A stretch of DNA of 64,000 nucleotides from positions 1 to 64,000 of the IMG/VR virus record IMGVR_UViG_3300036832_001373. The stretch is one strand, 5' to 3'. This stretch comes from a virus. Below, piece by piece: positions 27,320 through 37,464 of the stretch. The first letter of the stretch is position 1. The number at the start of each line of letters is the position of its first letter. Made by a program: the position numbers and the translations under genes. The notes beneath the pieces are model-generated. The model ran no database searches and was not told where the DNA came from. It saw nothing but the letters and a program-made list of their open reading frames with translations.

Positions 27320-27908
27320 GTATCTAGAATCGATTCCAGTCAATCTCAGGAAGAGGAATAAAATTATGGTCTCTATAGACCCTAATGTCCTGAGAAAGTA
27401 CCCTTTTCTAGACAAATTGCAGAAACAATATTTTCCTTTGGATACATTGAATGAAATCATGAATGCTCTTGAGAAAAGGCCAGAAGGATTTAAAGTTACT
27501 TTATTAAATAATATGCTGAGGATTTCATTAAGAACAATTAATCGTGAAGGAAACGAGGACGATCTAGGACTACCTAGAATTGAAGGTCGACTTAAAGAGA
27601 TATGTGAAGTTGTGCGCGATGATACAAGATCTGATCCGAGAAAAGAAGTAGTCTTTTCAAGAAAATCCTCTATACTAGCTGGATCTAATTTATCAGACGA
27701 CGCACTGATTGTACCAAACCACTTACCAACTAAAAAAGTGCGAGTACGTCATCCATTGGACCGTGTTTCTACTGAAGAAGTGGCTAAAAGACGAGAGTTA
27801 GCAGACAAGAGGTGGTCCGATGGCTTTAAGAAGAGACCTAGAAAGCGTAATCCAGCTGAGGAAGTGGTGAGAAATGCACAAAAATTCTTCGACAAAACAG
27901 AAACCTAA
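27237..27908 (+). CDS. Hypothetical protein (likely start 27300)
   Basis: Long ORF, GGAG RBS. Confidence 0.6.
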   Translation: MCLYLKSATRAVEREKFGRALMRNPLDEYLESIPVNLRKRNKIMVSIDPNVLRKYPFLDKLQKQYFPLDTLNEIMNALEKRPEGFKVTLLNNMLRISLRTINREGNEDDLGLPRIEGRLKEICEVVRDDTRSDPRKEVVFSRKSSILAGSNLSDDALIVPNHLPTKKVRVRHPLDRVSTEEVAKRRELADKRWSDGFKKRPRKRNPAEEVVRNAQKFFDKTET

Positions 27909-28060
27909 AGTTAGCAGGAGAGTACAGTCTCCTAGAGATCGCTTACAGGATATCTTCTCTAACTTCGAGAAGATTAGTAGGGAAGAGATACCCCTACAAG
28001 CTAAAGTAGACAGACTAAATTTAGAAATGTTAAGAATCCTTAGGGAGAGAATTAACTAAT

Positions 28061-28753
28061 ATGCCTGAATGCTATAACTGTGCAATTTGCGGGAAGGAAT
28101 TTTATAAGAGTTTCTTCCGTCTTCACATAGAAGATGTTCATAGTATCTCACCACAGAGATACTATCACCAATACTTAAGTCCAGGGACTATTCCTAATAG
28201 GTGTCTAAAATGTGGGAAAGAATTAAAATTTATTAAGTTATCTAAGCCTTATGGAGATTTTTGTAGTAGATCATGCAGATCATCAACTGTAATGTCTTCC
28301 TTGAATAAGGAATGGTGGACAGATCCTACTTATCGAGAATTACATTCTAAACTTTCGTCTGAGACGATGACTAAAACCTTAAATAGAAGATGGGCTGATC
28401 CAATTCAAAGAGAAGAAATGATTAAGAATACTAGAAATGGATTAATAAGAGTAATAAAAGAAGAAAATCATGTCCCTTATATGACTAAAGGAGAATTTTT
28501 AATTAGAGACTATCTGTCGAACCTAGGGTTTAATCATAGTTATCCCTATTGGACAAAGAATAAAGTTCAAATTAAGATGGATTTCTTCAATAAGATCACT
28601 AAGGTAAACATAGAAATTGATGGTACTTCTCATGAAAAATCTGAGACTCAGGAATACGACTCTTACAGAGATTGTATTCTAGAAGAAGAAAACGTGTTGA
28701 TAGTTAGGATTAAGGACGAGGATTGTAATTATATAAAGGACATATTTAGATGA
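28061..28753 (+). CDS. Putative homing endonuclease (Zn fingers plus Vsr/DUF559-like domain)
   Basis: CAICG..H...H, CLKCG...FCSRSC, MDFF.....NIEIDGTSH....D..RD..L. Confidence 0.75.
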   Translation: MPECYNCAICGKEFYKSFFRLHIEDVHSISPQRYYHQYLSPGTIPNRCLKCGKELKFIKLSKPYGDFCSRSCRSSTVMSSLNKEWWTDPTYRELHSKLSSETMTKTLNRRWADPIQREEMIKNTRNGLIRVIKEENHVPYMTKGEFLIRDYLSNLGFNHSYPYWTKNKVQIKMDFFNKITKVNIEIDGTSHEKSETQEYDSYRDCILEEENVLIVRIKDEDCNYIKDIFR

Positions 28754-30552
28754 ACAAACCAGAGATAGAAGTTTTAACAGAAGCTGCCCACATAAGATTA
28801 AGACCAGGAAACTATATAGGTAGTACAGAAAACGCAACACACCTCTTCTCCGAGGTCTTTGATAATTCACTTGACGAGGCAGCGGCAGGATACTGTAGCC
28901 AAATTAATATATCGTATCATGAGGATCATTTTAGTGTAAAAGACAACGGTAGAGGTCTCTCCCAGGATTGGAACGAAGAGTTTAAAACTTACGATCCTAT
29001 ACTTGTGGCAACAAAATTATTTAGTGGAGGTAAATTTAATAAAAATACATATAAAATATCGGTAGGATTAAATGGTATTGGTCTTCCAGCAGTAAATTAT
29101 CTCTCAGATAAGATCTTGATACTTTCTGCTAGGAATTCTAAAGGATTTTGGGTTCAGTTTCAGGAAGGTATTCCAGGGGAACCTAAGATCCAAGATATCA
29201 GAGCTGATGAACACGGAACATACGTTATAGTATGGCCATCTAAAAAATACTTCAACTCAATAAAAATTGATCCAATCATAGTTGAGGCTAGAGCTAGGCT
29301 AGCAGCGACATTTCTTCAAAACCTTAAAATTATAGTTAATACCATAGAAGTTAAACCCTATACTGCAAAAGACTTTTGTCCAGACTGTGATACGCCTATT
29401 ATGGAAGTTAAAGTTAGTCTAGCAAATGGAGAAAGTGCTTATGCAATCTTTGGATATGATACAAAATCAACCAGAACAGAAACTGGACGAGGAAGCGTTA
29501 ATCTCCTCTCTGTTAACCAAGGCTCTCATATTAGAGCTTTCGAGAAATCTGTTGGAGAAGCATGGCAGAGAGTTTTGGACAAAGATACAGCAGACTATCT
29601 CGACTTCAGAGATACCTTAGTTGGATTGAAAGGATTTATACTTGTTAATATAAGAGAACCAAAATGGAATTCTCAAACTAAAGACAATCTTGGAGGACGC
29701 ATATCTGAGTATCAAAGTTTGGTTGATGGCCTAACTGCTAAGATAGTCCAAGCTTTAGATAAGTTACCAGTAACTGTTATGAAGGCCTTAATCCTTAAGT
29801 TTAAGGATTATCGTTCACACATTAACCAGATGACTTCATCCAAGTTCTTAGATGAAGTCCTTAGACTAGGAGAAGCAGGTGATAATAACATCAATCGTGG
29901 TATTCGTCTTGATTCTAAGCTTGTTGACTGTACATCAGTATCGAGAAGAGATACAGAACTCTTCATTGTCGAAGGGGATTCTGCTGGTGGGAACCTTATC
30001 GCTAAACGGGATCGTCGTATTCATGCTGTACTTCCTTTACGAGGAAAAACTCTCAATGTCGTGGATCGTGAACTAGAAGTTATTCTTAATAACACCGAGA
30101 TAAGATCGTTAGTTAATGCTATAGGATGTGGAGTGCGTCAGAAAGAAAATCCAGATCGAATACGTTATAGCAAAATAATCATATGTAGCGACGGAGACGT
30201 TGATGGACGAAGCATCCAAGCTTTACTTATAGGAGCTCTTGGAAGTCTTATCCCAAAGACCGTACGAAGAGGCCTCATACATATTATCGAAGCTCCATTG
30301 TTTGGACAATGGTCTAAAGACGGAAAATTTATACCAGTATGGTCTCAGGATGAACTATCACCTGGACTTAGGACTTCTAGATTTAAGGGTCTTGGTTCGT
30401 TCAACGCCAACGAATTGGCAGTATCAATACTGAACCCTTCAGTCAGAAGGCTTAAGAGACTTATAACCGAGGACACAAGAGGTATTACGAGACTGGTAGG
30501 AAACTCTGGTGCACGAAGAGAAATGCTTCTCGAGAGAGGAATTATAAAGTGA
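28750..30552 (+). CDS. gyrB: Type IIA topoisomerase subunit B (GyrB/ParE-like)
   Basis: HIRLRPGNYIG, EVFDNSLDE, DNGRG, GGKF, VEGDSAGG, PLRGK, DGDVDG, RFKGLG. Confidence 0.93.
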   Translation: MNKPEIEVLTEAAHIRLRPGNYIGSTENATHLFSEVFDNSLDEAAAGYCSQINISYHEDHFSVKDNGRGLSQDWNEEFKTYDPILVATKLFSGGKFNKNTYKISVGLNGIGLPAVNYLSDKILILSARNSKGFWVQFQEGIPGEPKIQDIRADEHGTYVIVWPSKKYFNSIKIDPIIVEARARLAATFLQNLKIIVNTIEVKPYTAKDFCPDCDTPIMEVKVSLANGESAYAIFGYDTKSTRTETGRGSVNLLSVNQGSHIRAFEKSVGEAWQRVLDKDTADYLDFRDTLVGLKGFILVNIREPKWNSQTKDNLGGRISEYQSLVDGLTAKIVQALDKLPVTVMKALILKFKDYRSHINQMTSSKFLDEVLRLGEAGDNNINRGIRLDSKLVDCTSVSRRDTELFIVEGDSAGGNLIAKRDRRIHAVLPLRGKTLNVVDRELEVILNNTEIRSLVNAIGCGVRQKENPDRIRYSKIIICSDGDVDGRSIQALLIGALGSLIPKTVRRGLIHIIEAPLFGQWSKDGKFIPVWSQDELSPGLRTSRFKGLGSFNANELAVSILNPSVRRLKRLITEDTRGITRLVGNSGARREMLLERGIIK

Positions 30553-30887
30553 TGTCAGAACATAAAATCAAAGATAAAGCTCGTAAGTTAGCTGAGACTT
30601 TGACAAAAGAGTTTACTGACAAAGGACTTATAATCGAAGCTGGGTGGCAAAGTTTAAAGATCATGTCTATTCCAGAGGATGCTCCAGAAATTCAAATTGA
30701 TGAAATGCGTAACGCATTCTTTGCTGGAGCAAGTCACTTATTTTCATCTATTGTAGTGATACTAGATCCGGGGGAAGAACCTACAGAACGTGATATCGAA
30801 CGTTTGGATTTAATCAACAAAGAACTAGAAAGATTTATGGAAGATTATAAACTTAAACACTTGATAAGACCAGAAGGCTCAGCCTAA
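30549..30887 (+). CDS. Hypothetical protein, tandem paralog of 30888-31223
   Basis: IE.GW.S.......Q..EM..AF..GA.HLFS shared. Confidence 0.75.
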   Translation: MMSEHKIKDKARKLAETLTKEFTDKGLIIEAGWQSLKIMSIPEDAPEIQIDEMRNAFFAGASHLFSSIVVILDPGEEPTERDIERLDLINKELERFMEDYKLKHLIRPEGSA

Positions 30888-31223
30888 ATGAGGAATAATC
30901 AAATGAGAAAATCTAGAAGAAGGAGACTAACCAAGGAGGAAGCTTATATCATACTTAGAAAAGCTCTAGCTGAGGAAAAGATTATAGAACTTGGATGGAA
31001 GAGTATTGAGAGGAATACTTTACGAGGAGTACCTGGATATCAGGTTACTGAGATGAAGAAAGCATTTTATATGGGAGCTTATCACTTGTTTAGTGTTCTA
31101 TCAACTCTTGTAGATCTTGAAGAGAAGGAAAATTTTCAAGATCTAAATCCTATGGACGCTATAAGCAGAGAGTTGGGAGAATTTAAGCTAGAGTATCTTA
31201 CGGAGACTGAGGGAACAGCATGA
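30888..31223 (+). CDS. Hypothetical protein, tandem paralog of 30549-30887
   Basis: Shares the IE.GW.S...AF..GA.HLFS motif with 30549-30887. Confidence 0.75.
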   Translation: MRNNQMRKSRRRRLTKEEAYIILRKALAEEKIIELGWKSIERNTLRGVPGYQVTEMKKAFYMGAYHLFSVLSTLVDLEEKENFQDLNPMDAISRELGEFKLEYLTETEGTA

Positions 31224-31807
31224 GTGAAGTACGGAAGCTAGAGGAACGAACCCATAAAAGATCAAATGTACCTCTTCAAGGAGAAGTTTACGTAAAAGGA
31301 TACAATGTATACAAAGTTGCAGCATTCAACCAGGATGAGGATACTGTGTTGTTTGCTACAACCAACGATGTGATCCAGAGTTTTGGCCAGATACCTAGAT
31401 TGGAGGTTAGAAGGAGAGGTTTTTATCTTTGTCCAGTTCAACTACAGGAACCAGCTGTTCAGGTTTTCGAGTTAGATGAACAATTTACTAATTCAAGTTT
31501 TAACAAGCTACATAAATATAGACTTGACAATCATAAGCTTTTTTCCAAACTTGGATTAGACTATATAATGTTAGATATAGCTCAGAATACGACTAGAGTA
31601 TATACACCTCCTAAAATTCAAATTGAACAATTTCCAGAACTAAAAAATAAAGAATTTAACGTACTTATTCCTTTTTATTGTCTAACTAAGAAAGAGTTCA
31701 AGAATCGACTTTTTGGAATGCTACATTCAAAAGCGAAAGACTATTACAACGAGGGTATGAAACATTCACGTTGGCCACTTTTCTATGTACCACCAAGGTT
31801 CATGTAA
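31220..31807 (+). CDS. Hypothetical protein
   Basis: ORF coupled by ATGA overlap. Confidence 0.65.
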   Translation: MSEVRKLEERTHKRSNVPLQGEVYVKGYNVYKVAAFNQDEDTVLFATTNDVIQSFGQIPRLEVRRRGFYLCPVQLQEPAVQVFELDEQFTNSSFNKLHKYRLDNHKLFSKLGLDYIMLDIAQNTTRVYTPPKIQIEQFPELKNKEFNVLIPFYCLTKKEFKNRLFGMLHSKAKDYYNEGMKHSRWPLFYVPPRFM

Positions 31808-31818
31808 GCAAACTAGTT

Positions 31819-31846
31819 TAGGGAAACTAGGCGGTGGGACGTTAAC
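31819..31846 (+). promoter_or_regulatory. Phage promoter motif copy
   Basis: TAGGGAAACTAGGCGGTGGGACGTTAAC. Confidence 0.75.
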
Positions 31847-31854
31847 CTTTAGAG

Positions 31855-33177
31855 GTGAGATATATGTCTGACTTAGACGCCTACGAACATGTAGCAGATT
31901 GCTATTCTGAGTACGCTAAACATGTTAATGGTCATAGGTCAATTCCTAGTAGTCGCGATGGAATGAAACTCGTCCAGCGTAGGTTATTATCTACATTTCT
32001 ATTGAAAGAAAATTCCTCAGGAGAGATCGCCTCATCGTCGATTATTGGTTCTACAATAAAATTTTATCACCCTCACGGAGAGTCATCCATATATAGTGCT
32101 ATGGTAAAAATGATTACTGACCATCAACCTGTTATCGATGGACACGGAAATTTTGGTTCGAGATTGTTTGCTATGACGCTTGGGCCAGCAGCACCTAGAT
32201 ATACCAAGGCAAAGTTAAATGAACTTGGAAAACGTTATGGAGACCTAATCAGATTTACAGAGTATTATACCAACGAAAACGAAGAGGAAGAGCCTTTATT
32301 TGTTCCAACGTATCTTCCATACGCTTTATTAAACGGTGCTTTAGGTATAGGAATTGGTTGTGCTACTAACGTTCCTTCGTTTGAACTAGAAGACATTAAA
32401 AAAGCAGTTAAAGAGTTACTTGGAGGAACTAGAGTTGAGAATGTTACTCCTATGAAACCTTCCTCTCCAGGAGGCGGAAAGATAGAAATAGACGAGAAAA
32501 ACCTTAGATCGTTAAATTTTGAAGGAAGAGGAATGGGGTACTCTTGTGCAGATGTTAGTTGGTTTCACGATCCAATCTCACAGCAAAATGCTTTGAAGAT
32601 ATCAAATGTTCCAAACTACGTTAACTTACAAAAGTTAACTGTTATTCTTAAGTCCGAGATAACCGATGGATTGATTTTCATACGAGATGAATCACAAGAC
32701 AACATATGTGTAGTAGTTGGAAGAAATAAATATGTTAAGAGGATAAGCGACAATGAACTGGAGAAAAAAGTTAGATGGGTTTCTAGGAGACGTATATCTT
32801 GGAATTGCACTTTTAGTCATGAGGGAATAGCACAAACTATGTCACCTATTAAGATACTGGAGACTTCTCTTAATTTTGCAATCGAATGTAACACTAGATG
32901 GATGAAACATGAGAAAGAAAAAGTGGAGGAAGAAATTATCTTTGAGTCGGTCAAACACGAACTTGCTAAACTCCTTTCTGGAGGCGTATCAGATGATAGT
33001 ATCAGAAGGAGGCTTAGCCTTACTGAGGAGCAATTTAGAAATTTTGTTCAACGACCACTCTCCAAGCTTAGGTCAGCCAAAAAGGATACTGAGGAGTTGC
33101 AGAAAAAAGTTGGACGCCTCACGGAGTTCATACGTACTCCGAAGAGAGCTTACCGAGAAAGAATAGGTCTTCTATGA
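31855..33177 (+). CDS. gyrA: Type IIA topoisomerase subunit A (GyrA/ParC-like, no C-terminal pinwheel)
   Basis: RSIP...DGMK.VQRR, YHPHGESSIY, GNFGS, catalytic AAPRYT, LLNG..GIGIG.ATN.P. Confidence 0.92.
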   Translation: MRYMSDLDAYEHVADCYSEYAKHVNGHRSIPSSRDGMKLVQRRLLSTFLLKENSSGEIASSSIIGSTIKFYHPHGESSIYSAMVKMITDHQPVIDGHGNFGSRLFAMTLGPAAPRYTKAKLNELGKRYGDLIRFTEYYTNENEEEEPLFVPTYLPYALLNGALGIGIGCATNVPSFELEDIKKAVKELLGGTRVENVTPMKPSSPGGGKIEIDEKNLRSLNFEGRGMGYSCADVSWFHDPISQQNALKISNVPNYVNLQKLTVILKSEITDGLIFIRDESQDNICVVVGRNKYVKRISDNELEKKVRWVSRRRISWNCTFSHEGIAQTMSPIKILETSLNFAIECNTRWMKHEKEKVEEEIIFESVKHELAKLLSGGVSDDSIRRRLSLTEEQFRNFVQRPLSKLRSAKKDTEELQKKVGRLTEFIRTPKRAYRERIGLL

Positions 33178-33357
33178 AAAAGGATCTTGAAGTAGTTTGG
33201 GTTCCTAGAGACAATATAGTCCAAGACTTGGTAGATCAGTATCTTGGTAGGAAAATTGACTATCTAGCTCTTAACGTAGCCTTCAGAAAAAGAGGTTGGT
33301 CTACTGCAGGACTAAACGAAGTTGTAACTTATATGGAACAACAAAGAAAGTGGGCTG

Positions 33358-33783
33358 ATGAGAAAGAAGTACTCAGTTGATCTTAAAGATATACTAAACA
33401 GATTTGAAGGTTTTGAAGAAAGTTTAGGTCCCGCTGAGATGCAAGTTATGCATGACGCAGATTTGTTGCTTAAGGGTACTATACCTTCCGATGAGACGGG
33501 TAGGCTAGCTTACCTTTCCAGAAGTGCTCAAGTTCTCTCATCCTTGAATAATCTTTTATCTAGAATTTCTTTTGTTCATAGTCAATACACTATAGAGAAA
33601 AATGTTCACTGGGGTCGTTTGATTAATGAAGAAGGATATGAAGGAAGAGACAAATGGGTAACAGCATTGTCTCAAGATACTCAATTAGCTGACATGGAAA
33701 AAGTAACTACTGCACTGGCTGCAGCCAAGGATCACGTCAACAATTTACAGTGGATAATAAAAACCATATGTGGGAGATTATAA
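33358..33783 (+). CDS. Helical hypothetical protein
   Basis: 141-aa ORF, helical/coiled-coil pattern. Confidence 0.55.
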   Translation: MRKKYSVDLKDILNRFEGFEESLGPAEMQVMHDADLLLKGTIPSDETGRLAYLSRSAQVLSSLNNLLSRISFVHSQYTIEKNVHWGRLINEEGYEGRDKWVTALSQDTQLADMEKVTTALAAAKDHVNNLQWIIKTICGRL

Positions 33784-33794
33784 GGCAATCTATT

Positions 33795-33844
33795 TAGGGG
33801 AACTATGCCCTGTAACGTTAACCTTTGGTAGACTTCCTGTAAGA
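33795..33844 (+). promoter_or_regulatory. Phage promoter motif followed by operator-like box
   Basis: TAGGGGAACTATGCCCTGTAACGTTAAC then TAGACTTCCTGTAAGA. Confidence 0.7.
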
Positions 33845-33866
33845 CTGCGGTAGAAGGAGTTAAAGG

Positions 33867-34649
33867 ATGACGAAGGAGACCAAGTTAAATAGTAATGAAA
33901 GGGTAGCTCTAGCAGCTATTCTTGCTAGAACTAATCTAGGAAAAGATCCTCCAAGTCATGAGGAAGTACAAAAACTCCTAGAAGTAAAAAATCTAACTAT
34001 CGAAAATGCAGTCTCGAATGTCTTTCACGATCTGATAAAATCGGACGAGCATTTTGAGACCTTCGTTGAAGAGGGAAAGTCTTTTCTAGGGCAGATTATC
34101 AAGAAATCTCACGATATCCTAGAGAAAGAAAACCCAAAGGAGTACTCACTGCTATTTAGTAAAATATCCAGTGAGGCAGTTAGTGGATCTGTAACCCCAA
34201 AGAAGGAGGAGACTAAAATGGACTCTAAGACAGAATCAAGTTCAAAAGATGTCGAGGAACTCAGGAGTGAGCTTGGACTTGGCGAAAAGAAAAAGCGCAA
34301 GTTGAGCACAGTCTATCCAGAAGGAAACTCTCGTCAGGAGAGGATCAATTCTATTACCAAAGGTCTCAAGGAGCATGCTCAGGCAAACTTGGACAAAGGA
34401 GAGAATTGGGATACCATTCTGAAACTTAACGATGACGAAATAGCTCACCTCATTGGGACTGGTCGTACTATCGGTTCAGCTATAGCTGGAATCAAAGTAA
34501 AGCTCCAGACAATGGACGTGAAAACTATTCAGACTGAAACAGCAGCGAAACTTGCTGAGAGGCAAAATGTTCAGGCTCTCACTCCTGAGCAAAAGGAACC
34601 TGCTCCGAAGGGAGAAGGTGACAAGAATCGTCCTGAATTTCTTAATTGA
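33867..34649 (+). CDS. Hypothetical protein (possible internal start 34218)
   Basis: AAGGAG RBS; second strong RBS AAGGAGGAG before ATG 34218. Confidence 0.7.
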   Translation: MTKETKLNSNERVALAAILARTNLGKDPPSHEEVQKLLEVKNLTIENAVSNVFHDLIKSDEHFETFVEEGKSFLGQIIKKSHDILEKENPKEYSLLFSKISSEAVSGSVTPKKEETKMDSKTESSSKDVEELRSELGLGEKKKRKLSTVYPEGNSRQERINSITKGLKEHAQANLDKGENWDTILKLNDDEIAHLIGTGRTIGSAIAGIKVKLQTMDVKTIQTETAAKLAERQNVQALTPEQKEPAPKGEGDKNRPEFLN

Positions 34650-34866
34650 ACCATGACGGTTCGTTCTGTCCCGCGCAAAACGCGGGACAGATCAAAGTTG
34701 TCCCGCGGCAAAAAGCCGCGCCAAAGAACGTTCTTTTTACGTCTTTTCAGCTCTTTTTAGGCCTTTTGCCCCAAAAAGGGCGTCTTTTTTTGCGAAAAGA
34801 GGGCGCGGGGCGGCGCACACCCGGTGCCAAAGGGACACTTGAATTGCAAAGGGACGGAGACCGAAA

Positions 34867-35544
34867 ATGGAGAAGTTTCTGGACAAACCTATAAACCCTA
34901 TACCTCTTTCCGAAGACGATGAAAGGGAGACCTTTCCTCTAGCAAGAGCATATGTTCCAAGAGATCCTACTAAAAGATATGTCTCGATATGGCAAGAGGA
35001 ATTGGAGCATGAGCTCCTTATTCCTGACGCTCCCTGGCTAGCTCCAAAACCTTACTTTGTTGCCAAGCAAAGAGCGACAAGCTATTACCGACAATTCACA
35101 AGAAGGGAAATGTGGTTAAGCGACGACAACGAAGTGGTCGAGTGGCAAGAGGTTAAGCCAGACGCTTTTCTCTTGGGAGAAAGTAACTTTCTGGACGCGA
35201 ACCTCAGTCCTGAGAGTCGGGTTTTGTTCAACGATTTGGTCAGGCAGTTGCTCTTTAACTTCGTAAAAGAGTTTGAAGAGGAACACAAGGCGGTCCAGCG
35301 TGGTCTTGCTTTGAAGTTTGTCTCAAGGTTGGTAAGAATGAGCCGTTTGGATGAGATCCTAGACGAAGATCTTAAAGCTAGAATTCAAGAAAGTCTCGGA
35401 GACGCCAACCCTTTGAAATTTAAAGACCTAGCCACGTTGGCTGGATTCAAGTCCAGGGACGGAGGCCGCTACTCGAACGATATAGGTTGGCAGTTCCAAA
35501 GAATATCCGAGGAATTAAGAGTCTTTACAAAAACCATGGTTTAA
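34867..35544 (+). CDS. Hypothetical protein downstream of GC-rich island
   Basis: GGAG RBS, 225-aa ORF. Confidence 0.7.
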   Translation: MEKFLDKPINPIPLSEDDERETFPLARAYVPRDPTKRYVSIWQEELEHELLIPDAPWLAPKPYFVAKQRATSYYRQFTRREMWLSDDNEVVEWQEVKPDAFLLGESNFLDANLSPESRVLFNDLVRQLLFNFVKEFEEEHKAVQRGLALKFVSRLVRMSRLDEILDEDLKARIQESLGDANPLKFKDLATLAGFKSRDGGRYSNDIGWQFQRISEELRVFTKTMV

Positions 35545-35827
35545 TTTAGAGACTAGAGTGTAACAATGAAAAGACTATGATCTAATAGAGGAAGGCAACC
35601 TCTTTGGGGAGAGTATGGCTAACACAGATAAGTTTGAAAGGATCAAGAAATCAAACGATGAAGGGTTGGAATGGTACGTGGTTAAGAAAAACGGTATAGA
35701 AATGTACCATTGCCAAACTATAGCTCAAGCAGACTCGTGGATTGCTTTGAGCAAGAATAGATCCAAGGAAGGATAGGATAGTTGATATGTATCAAAAGGG
35801 AAGTAAACCAGCAGAGGAGAGACTAAA

Positions 35828-36787
35828 ATGTTAAGTCCAGAAGTGTTGACTCGAGATCAGCTTATGGAAAAAGCTGCTGCTCGTGATAGAGATTTTAGGT
35901 CGATGAGTCTTAACTCGGTAAGAATCCAAGACTCTTCTAGAGGAAGAGGTATCGTCTTAAACGAAGAAACTATAGCGATTGACGATGGATTTAAGGAAGT
36001 GGTAGAGATGCTAGGAGCCCCGGTGGGTTTTGTTAAGAAAACCCATTTAGGCTTAGCCGACCAAATCGTGAAAAGACTTATAGAGGATGTTCCAGACAAG
36101 GAGATTCTCCTTCGTGGAGGAAGAATTCTAGGTCACCGTCAAAAAGGAGGAGGTCACGTTCCAGCAGTAGAAGTTTGTGAGAAAGTTCTAAGAACAGTTC
36201 CAGATATCGAAAAGGTTATGTTCTTCGATCTAGGGAAAAGTTTTGACGCACAGGTTCTGTGTCATAGTCTGGAGGTCAAGCCAAAAGTCAACGACATAGT
36301 TCGTGGAGGAGTTAGACTGTTATACTCTGAGTATATGCTTAGAGAGCCAGAGATCTCCACATTTAGCGAACGATTGGTTTGTTTGAACGGTATGACTCAC
36401 CGAGAAAATCGTGTGACTTTCAAGTTTGAGACTCACCAAAAGTTCATGGACGAACTAGAGTCCTCAGTCAACTTTTGCCTAAGTTACTTTAATACCTCGG
36501 TAGGAGAGAACCTCAAGAAAGCTGTGGAGATGAAGGCTCCAGGGGATCAGATTATACGTCAAGCGTTCTCTAGAAACCGTATAAACCCTCGGTACTATGA
36601 TGATGTACTTCTGGCTCATGCTTCCGAAAACGACGGAAGTGCTTATGGTGTTCTTCAAGCTTTCACCAGAGCAGCCAACGCACAAGACAACTATGAGAGA
36701 CGTTCTAAGCTCCAAGAGGTTGGAGGAATTGAATTGCTTGAGGTAGCTAGAGCACACTGTCCCACATGTTACTCCGCATTAAATTAG
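35828..36787 (+). CDS. DUF932-like protein
   Basis: ERLVCLNGM motif; YGVLQAFT..A. Confidence 0.7.
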   Translation: MLSPEVLTRDQLMEKAAARDRDFRSMSLNSVRIQDSSRGRGIVLNEETIAIDDGFKEVVEMLGAPVGFVKKTHLGLADQIVKRLIEDVPDKEILLRGGRILGHRQKGGGHVPAVEVCEKVLRTVPDIEKVMFFDLGKSFDAQVLCHSLEVKPKVNDIVRGGVRLLYSEYMLREPEISTFSERLVCLNGMTHRENRVTFKFETHQKFMDELESSVNFCLSYFNTSVGENLKKAVEMKAPGDQIIRQAFSRNRINPRYYDDVLLAHASENDGSAYGVLQAFTRAANAQDNYERRSKLQEVGGIELLEVARAHCPTCYSALN

Positions 36788-36800
36788 GTATGGAGGAGCA

Positions 36801-37451
36801 ATGTACTCAGGACATCCTTACTATGGTTACTTTGCTAACATGATAAAGAGAGGTAATAGGTTAGGACGTGACTTCTCTCTAGGAGAAGAGGACTTTAATA
36901 AGTGGCTAGGGATTATAGGACTCATCCCTGAAGATATGTCACGACCATCGGTCGGAAGAGTAGATCATTCCAAAGGGTACGTTTTCGACCAAGAGAAAGG
37001 TAGGTGGAACTTTAGATGGCAAGAACTTAGTGATAATCACAGCGAAGGAGGAACTAGAGGAGCCTTTACAGCGTTTTCATCCGAACAGAGAACAGCATAC
37101 GGGAAACTTGGAGGTAAACGTGCTGCAGAGTTAGGAAGATCCGGATTTCAGAATTTCACTCCTGAACAACGATCAGAGTATGGTAGAGAGTCTTGGAAAG
37201 ATAAAACTAAAGAAGAAATTATGGAGAGAACACGGTTCTTTAGATCGGAGGAACACAAACAGTGCGTGGATAGGTGGAACTCTGATCCAACGAATCCATC
37301 GAAGACAGAAGTGCTACAAGCAGCTTCGGCTGCTAGCTTAAATCATGTCTCAAAGAGGATCTACGTTTGCAGAGTATGTGGAAAAGAATGCTCAAGTCCC
37401 TTGGGTAAGTACAATCATAAGAAGATTCATCCAAGTGGATTTGATGAGTAA
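36801..37451 (+). CDS. Putative HNH-like homing endonuclease with repeat tail and C2H2 finger
   Basis: RPSVGRVDHSKGY.....NFRWQ...DNH; GKLGGKRAAELG repeat shared with 20632 ORF; CRVCGK...H...H. Confidence 0.6.
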   Translation: MYSGHPYYGYFANMIKRGNRLGRDFSLGEEDFNKWLGIIGLIPEDMSRPSVGRVDHSKGYVFDQEKGRWNFRWQELSDNHSEGGTRGAFTAFSSEQRTAYGKLGGKRAAELGRSGFQNFTPEQRSEYGRESWKDKTKEEIMERTRFFRSEEHKQCVDRWNSDPTNPSKTEVLQAASAASLNHVSKRIYVCRVCGKECSSPLGKYNHKKIHPSGFDE

Positions 37452-37464
37452 GAACTGATTGAGT

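Noticed and set aside
34646-34894. ORFs spanning GC islands (also 18883-19122, 4744-5085)
   Set aside because: Composition unlike coding genes; stop codons are simply rare in these islands
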